Shown piece by piece: positions 59,201 to 64,000 of a stretch of DNA of 64,000 nt. The notes below the pieces were generated by a model, which made no database searches, was not told where the DNA came from, and saw only the letters and a list, made by a program, of their open reading frames with translations. Source of the stretch: Mobula birostris (Eukaryota). Each line of letters begins with the position of its first letter. The stretch's first letter is position 1. The DNA is taken from assembly GCF_030028105.1 (NCBI RefSeq), contig NW_027278339.1, positions 62,001 through 126,000 of the forward strand, given 5' to 3'. The position numbers and the translations under genes were made by a program.

Positions 59201-62200
59201 GGAATATTGTGTTCCGTTCCGGTCGCCTCACTGAAGGAAGGACCTGGAAGATCCAGATTCGGGGCTCCCAACCTTTTTGTTTTAAACGCCGTGAACCAAT
59301 CGCATTAAGCAAGGAGACTGTGGATCCGGGGTTGGGAACCCCTGCTTGAGAAGGTGCAGAAGAGATCCACCAGGATGCTGCCTGGATTAGAGAGTGAGGA
59401 GAGGCTGAGTGAGCTCTTCGTAGCGAAGGAGGATGAGACACTCGGCAGAGGTAGAGAAGATGATAGAAGGCATCGGTGGGAGTGAATCACCAGCAGCTTT
59501 TCTCAGGGACAGCACTGGCTGAGACGAGGGCCCAGAATTTCAGAGTGATTGGAGGGACGGGGGTGGGGGGAAAATGTCAGAGGCAAGTTTTTTCCCCCTC
59601 TCCTCACAGAAAGTGATGGGTGTGTGGACACTCTACCCTGCTGGTAGAGGCAGATACATTAGGGGCATTAAAGAAAACTCTTAGATAGGCACACGGATGA
59701 TAGAAAAGTGGAGAGTTACGTAGGATGAAAGGGTTCATCCCAACTTCCTTATGCCATGAACCCCCGTCGTTAACTGAGTGATCCGCAGACCGCAGGTTGG
59801 GAAACCCTGGGTGAGACTGATCGAACAGCAAGTTAAATGGTCACAGTGGGCGGAACGGGCTGGACTGCGTTCTACTGTTCCGTCTGGGGCTCGAACCCAG
59901 ACCACGCTACCCTCTTCTCCCCAGCTGTGGCCTGAATGCCACCCCCCCAGCCCTGTCCCCAGTTACCTGTGGGCCTGCTCGCGGTGCTGGCGCATGGCGT
60001 GGTAGTCGTGCCCCTCCCGCAGCTCCTCGGGGGCCTGGCTGTACTGTTCCCGCAGCTCGTGGATCAGAGAGCTGCTGAGAGCCCGGCGCCTGGCCCGCTC
60101 CTGCTGACGGCGTTCGCGCTCTGCCGCCGTCTCATCCCCGTCTGGAGGGAGCACAAGAGTCAGACTGTGTGTCGGCGGGGAGGAGGGGATAGAGAGAGTA
60201 TGAGGGGATGAGGGGATGGGGGGGCAGGGGGGAGGCAGACAGAAATGGGTGGGAGGGGGGCCGTACACTAACCATAGACCATCGGAACCAGGCGAGGCGG
60301 CACGTAGACCTTCTTAGACGATCGGATACTTTCCTTCTTCTGGGGCGTCTCCACCTCTTCCTCCTCCTCCTCCTCGTCCTCCACCTCCCTCTCCTCCTCA
60401 TCGAGCTAAAATCCCAACACAGGCCTGTCAGCAGGGGTCTGCACGGGGAGGGAGGGGAAGAGTGAGGGACAGCGAGGACGGTCAGCGGGGAGGGAGGGAG
60501 GGGAAGAGGGAGGAACAGTGAGGACGGTCAGCGGGGAGGGAGGGAGGGGAAGAGTGAGGGACAGTGAGGACGGTCAGCGGGGAGGGAGGGAGGGGAAGAG
60601 TGAGGGACAGCGAGGACGGTCAGCTGGGAGGGAGGGAGGGGAAGAGTGAGGGACAGTGAGGACAGTCAGCGGGGAGGGAGGGAGGGAGGGGAAGAGTGAG
60701 GGACAGTGAGGACGGTCAGCGGGGAGGGAGGGAGGGAGGGGAAGAGTGAGGGACAGTGAGGACGGTCAGCGGGGAGGGAGGGAGGGAGGGGAAGAGTGAG
60801 GGACAGCGAGGACGGTCAGCGGGGAGGGAGGGAGGGGAAGAGTGAGGGACAGCGAGGATGGTCAGCGGGGAGGGAGGGAGGGAGGGGAAGAGTGAGGGAC
60901 AGTGAGGACGGTCAGCGGGGAGGGAGGGAAAGAGTGAGGGACAGCGAGGACGGTCAGCAGGGAGGGAGGGAGGGGAAGAGTGAGGGACAGTGAGGACGGT
61001 CAGCGGGGAGGGAGGGAGGGAGGGGAAGAGTGAGGGACAGCGAGGACGGTCAGCGGGTAGGGAGGGAGGGGAAGAGTGAGGGACAGTGAGGACGGTCAGC
61101 AGGGAGGGAGGGGAAGGGTGAGGGACAGTGAGGACGGTCAGCGGGGAGGGAGGGAGGGGAAGAGTGAGGGACAGTGAGGACGGTCAGTGGGGAGGGAGGG
61201 AGGGGAAGAGTAAGGGACAGTGAGGACGGTCAGCGGGGAGGGAGGGAGGGAGGGGAAGAGTGGGGAAGAGTGAGGGACAGTGAGGATGGTCAGCGGGGAG
61301 GGAGGGAGGGAGGGGAAGAGTGAGGGACAGCGAGGACGGTCAGCGGGGAGGGAGGGGAAGAGTGAGGGACAGTGAGGACGGTCAGCGGGGAGGGAGGGAG
61401 GGAGGGGAAGAGTGAGGGACAGCGAGGACGGTCAGCGGGGAGGGAGGGAGGGGAAGAGTGAGGGACAGCGAGGACGGTCAGCGGGGAGGGAGGGATGGGA
61501 AGAGTGAGGGACAGCAAGGACGGTCAGCGGGGAGGGAAGGAGGGAGGGGAAGAGTGAGGGACAGCGAGGATGGTCAGCAGGGAGGGAGGGAGGGAGGGGA
61601 AGAGTGAGGGACAGCGAGGATGGTCAGCAGGGAGGGAGGGAGGGGAAGAGTGAGGGACAGTGAGGATGCTCAGCGGGGAGGGAGGGAGGGAGGGGAAGAG
61701 TGAGGGACAGTGAGGACGGTCAGCGGGGAGGGAAGGAGGGAGGGAGGGAGGGGAAGAGTGAGGGACAGCGAGGACGGTCAGCGGGGAGGGAGGGAGGGAG
61801 GGGAAGAGTGAGGGACAGTGAGGACGGTCAGCGGGGAGGGAGGGAGGGAGGGGAAGAGTGAGGGACAGTGAGGACGGTCAGCGGGGAGGGAGGGAGGGGA
61901 AGAGTGAGGGACAGTGAGGACGGTCAGCGGGGAGGGAGGGAAAGAGTGAGGGACAGCGAGGACGGTCAGCGGGGAGGGAGGGAGGGAGGGGAAGAGTGAG
62001 GGACAGCGAGGACGGTCAGCGGGGAGGGAGGGAGGGAGGGGAAGAGTGAGGGACAGTGAGGACGGTCAGCAGGGAGGGAGGGGAAGGGTGAGGGACAGTG
62101 AGGACGGTCAGCGGGGAGGGAGGGGAAGAGTGAGGGACAGTGAGGACGGTCAGCGGGGAGGGAGGGAGGGGAAGAGTGAGGGACAGTGAGGACGGTCAGT

Positions 62201-63781
62201 GGGGAGGGAGGGAGGGGAAGAGTAAGGGACAGTGAGGACGGTCAGCGGGGAGGGAGGGAGGGAGGGGAAGAGTGGGGAAGAGTGAGGGACAGTGAGGATG
62301 GTCAGTGGGGAGGGAGGGAGGGAGGGGAAGAGTGAGGGACAGCGAGGACGGTCAGCGGGGAGGGAGGGGAAGAGTGAGGGACAGCAAGGACGGTCAGCGG
62401 GGAGGGAGGGAGGGAGGGGAAGAGTGAGGGACAGTGAGGATGGTCAGCGGGGAGGGAGGGAGGGAGGGGAAGAGTGAGGGACAGTGAGGATGGTCAGCGG
62501 GGAGGGAGGGGAAGAGTGAGGGACAGCGAGGACGGTCAGCGGGGAGGGAGGGAGGGGAAGAGTGAGGGACAGCGAGGACAGTCAGCGGGGAGGGAGGGAG
62601 GGGAAGAGTGAGGGACAGCGAGGACAGTCAGCGGGGAGGGAGGGAGGGGAAGAGTGAGGGACAGCGAGGACAGTCAGCGGGGAGGGAGGGAGGGGAAGAG
62701 TGAGGGACAGCGAGGACGGTCAGCGGGGAGGGAGGGAGGGGAAGAGTGAGGGACAGCGAGGACGGTCAGCGGGGAGGGAGGGAGGGGAAGAGTGAGGGAC
62801 AGCGAGGACGGTCAGTGGGGAGGGAGGGAGGGAGGGGAAGAGTGAGGGACAGCGAGGACGGTCAGCGGGGAGGGAGGGAGGGGAAGAGTGAGGGACAGTG
62901 AGGACGGTCAGCAGGGAGGGAGGGGAAGGGTGAGGGACAGTGAGGACGGTCAGCGGGGAGGGAGGGAGGGGAAGAGTGAGGGACAGCGAGGACGGTCAGC
63001 GGGGAGGGAGGGAGGGGAAGAGTGATGGACAGTGAGGAGGGGGTCAGCTGTGTTGAAGATTACTCTTACCTTACTGATCAGGTTGCCCGGGTTGGGCTTG
63101 AAGGTCAGGGGGTTTTCCACGCCTGTAGGGGAGAAAGCGAGCGAGGGATTAGAGGGCAAACAACAGGAATTCTGCCGATGCTGGAAATTCAAGCAACACA
63201 CATCAAAGTTGCTGGTGAACACAGCAGGCCAGGCAGCATCTCTAGGAAGCGGTACAGTCGACGTTTCGGGCCGAGCCCCTTCGTCAGGGCTAACTGAAGG
63301 AAGAGTGAGTAAGAGATTTGAAAGTTGGAGGGGGAGGGGGAGATCCAAAATGATAGGAGAAGACAGGAGGGGGAGGGATGGAGCCAAGAGCTGGAGAGGC
63401 GATAGGCAAACGGGATATGAGAGGATCATGGGACAGGAGGTCCAGGGAGAAAGACAAGGGGGGGGGGAACCCAGAGGATGGGCAAGGGGTATATTCAGAG
63501 GGACAGAGGGAGAAGAGAAAGAAAAAAGGGAAACAAACAAATAAATAATGGATGGGGTAAGAAGGGGGGTGGGCATTAACAGAAGTTAGAGAAGTCAATG
63601 TTCTCTGGGGATTAGAGGGGTCAGGAGTGGGGGGGGTGGGGGTGGTGGTGGGGGGGGGAGGGGGAAGTAGGATGTGTCAAGGGGTCTCCCACGTACCCGG
63701 TGTTCCAGTGAGGGCCGTCTTCACCAGCTTATCGATCTGGTATCTCAGCTTCTGCTCGATGGGTCTCATCTTCTCCAGAAC
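56248..63781 (-). CDS. NGDN: NGDN (neuroguidin, Sas10/Utp3/Lcp5 family), last 7 coding exons; 5' part outside window
   Basis: complement(join 63697-63781, 63070-63122, 60273-60405, 59967-60141, 57908-58052, 57731-57794, 56248-56264): VLEKMRPIEQKLRYQIDKLVKTA/NPLTFKPNPGNLISK/KKVYVPPRLVPMVY/RRALSSSLIHELREQYSQAPEE/YEEAMMVRL...LTHFGSIAALTG/KKKKQR/GFRRR*; phases consistent. Confidence 0.95.
56961..57657. mobile_element. Non-autonomous hAT-type element with an internal second TIR element (57069-57547)
   Basis: Outer ends CAGGGGTCCCCAACC / GGTTGGAGACCGCTG with imperfect 8-bp flanks CTCTACCT/TCCTACCT; inner ends TAGGGTTGCCAAC / GTTGGCAACCCTA. Confidence 0.8.
60445..63040. repeat. 2.6-kb purine-rich ~42-50-bp minisatellite filling an NGDN intron
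   Basis: (GGGGAGGGAGGGAGGGGAAGAGTGAGGGACAGTGAGGACGGTCAGC)n, with a variable number of GGGA repeats. Confidence 0.97.
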
Positions 63782-64000
63782 CTGGGAAAGAGGGAAGACA
63801 CCAGCTGTTCCCACCTGGATAAACATTCACCCCACCCCACGCCCCAGGGATCTCTTGTGGCCTGAAGGCACGCGAGCACAATTAGGCCATTTGGCCCATT
63901 GATTCTGTTCCAGCATTCATACATGGCTGACATACTATCGCTCTCATTCCCATTCTCCTGTCTTCTCTCTGAAACCTCTGATGCTCTTACTAATCAAGAA

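Overview
Vertebrate genomic DNA. The repeat content (CR1 LINEs, V-SINE/HE1-like SINEs, Penelope-like and Rex1/Babar-like fragments, a 52-bp GGGAGTGTGTGATGGGACGG minisatellite) suggests a cartilaginous fish, probably a ray; this is inference. Four spliced genes were reconstructed by hand from protein similarity and GT-AG phase checks. (1) METTL3, minus strand, partial: one internal zinc-finger exon at 2533-2746; its 5' exons are not visible and probably lie in the N gaps. (2) ACIN1, plus strand: a complete 12-exon, 548-aa SAP-less Acinus-S-type model (7152-45510) starting at a CpG/CCAAT/YY1 promoter. (3) A complete 5-exon, 154-aa MARVEL-domain CMTM5-like gene, minus strand (47846-53065). (4) The last 7 coding exons of NGDN, minus strand (56248-63781). 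All four human orthologues lie at 14q11.2. The introns hold nested transposon fossils and GC-skewed minisatellites. Two signals stand out. First, a ~110-bp tandem repeat is built from the 3' end of a METTL3 coding exon plus its splice donor (7 visible copies and one older decayed copy). Second, a transposon-free ACIN1 intron contains candidate in-frame, stop-containing alternative exons, including a 400-nt candidate poison exon that the ORF track does not list. No prokaryote-type systems such as CRISPR are present. Repeat boundaries are approximate.
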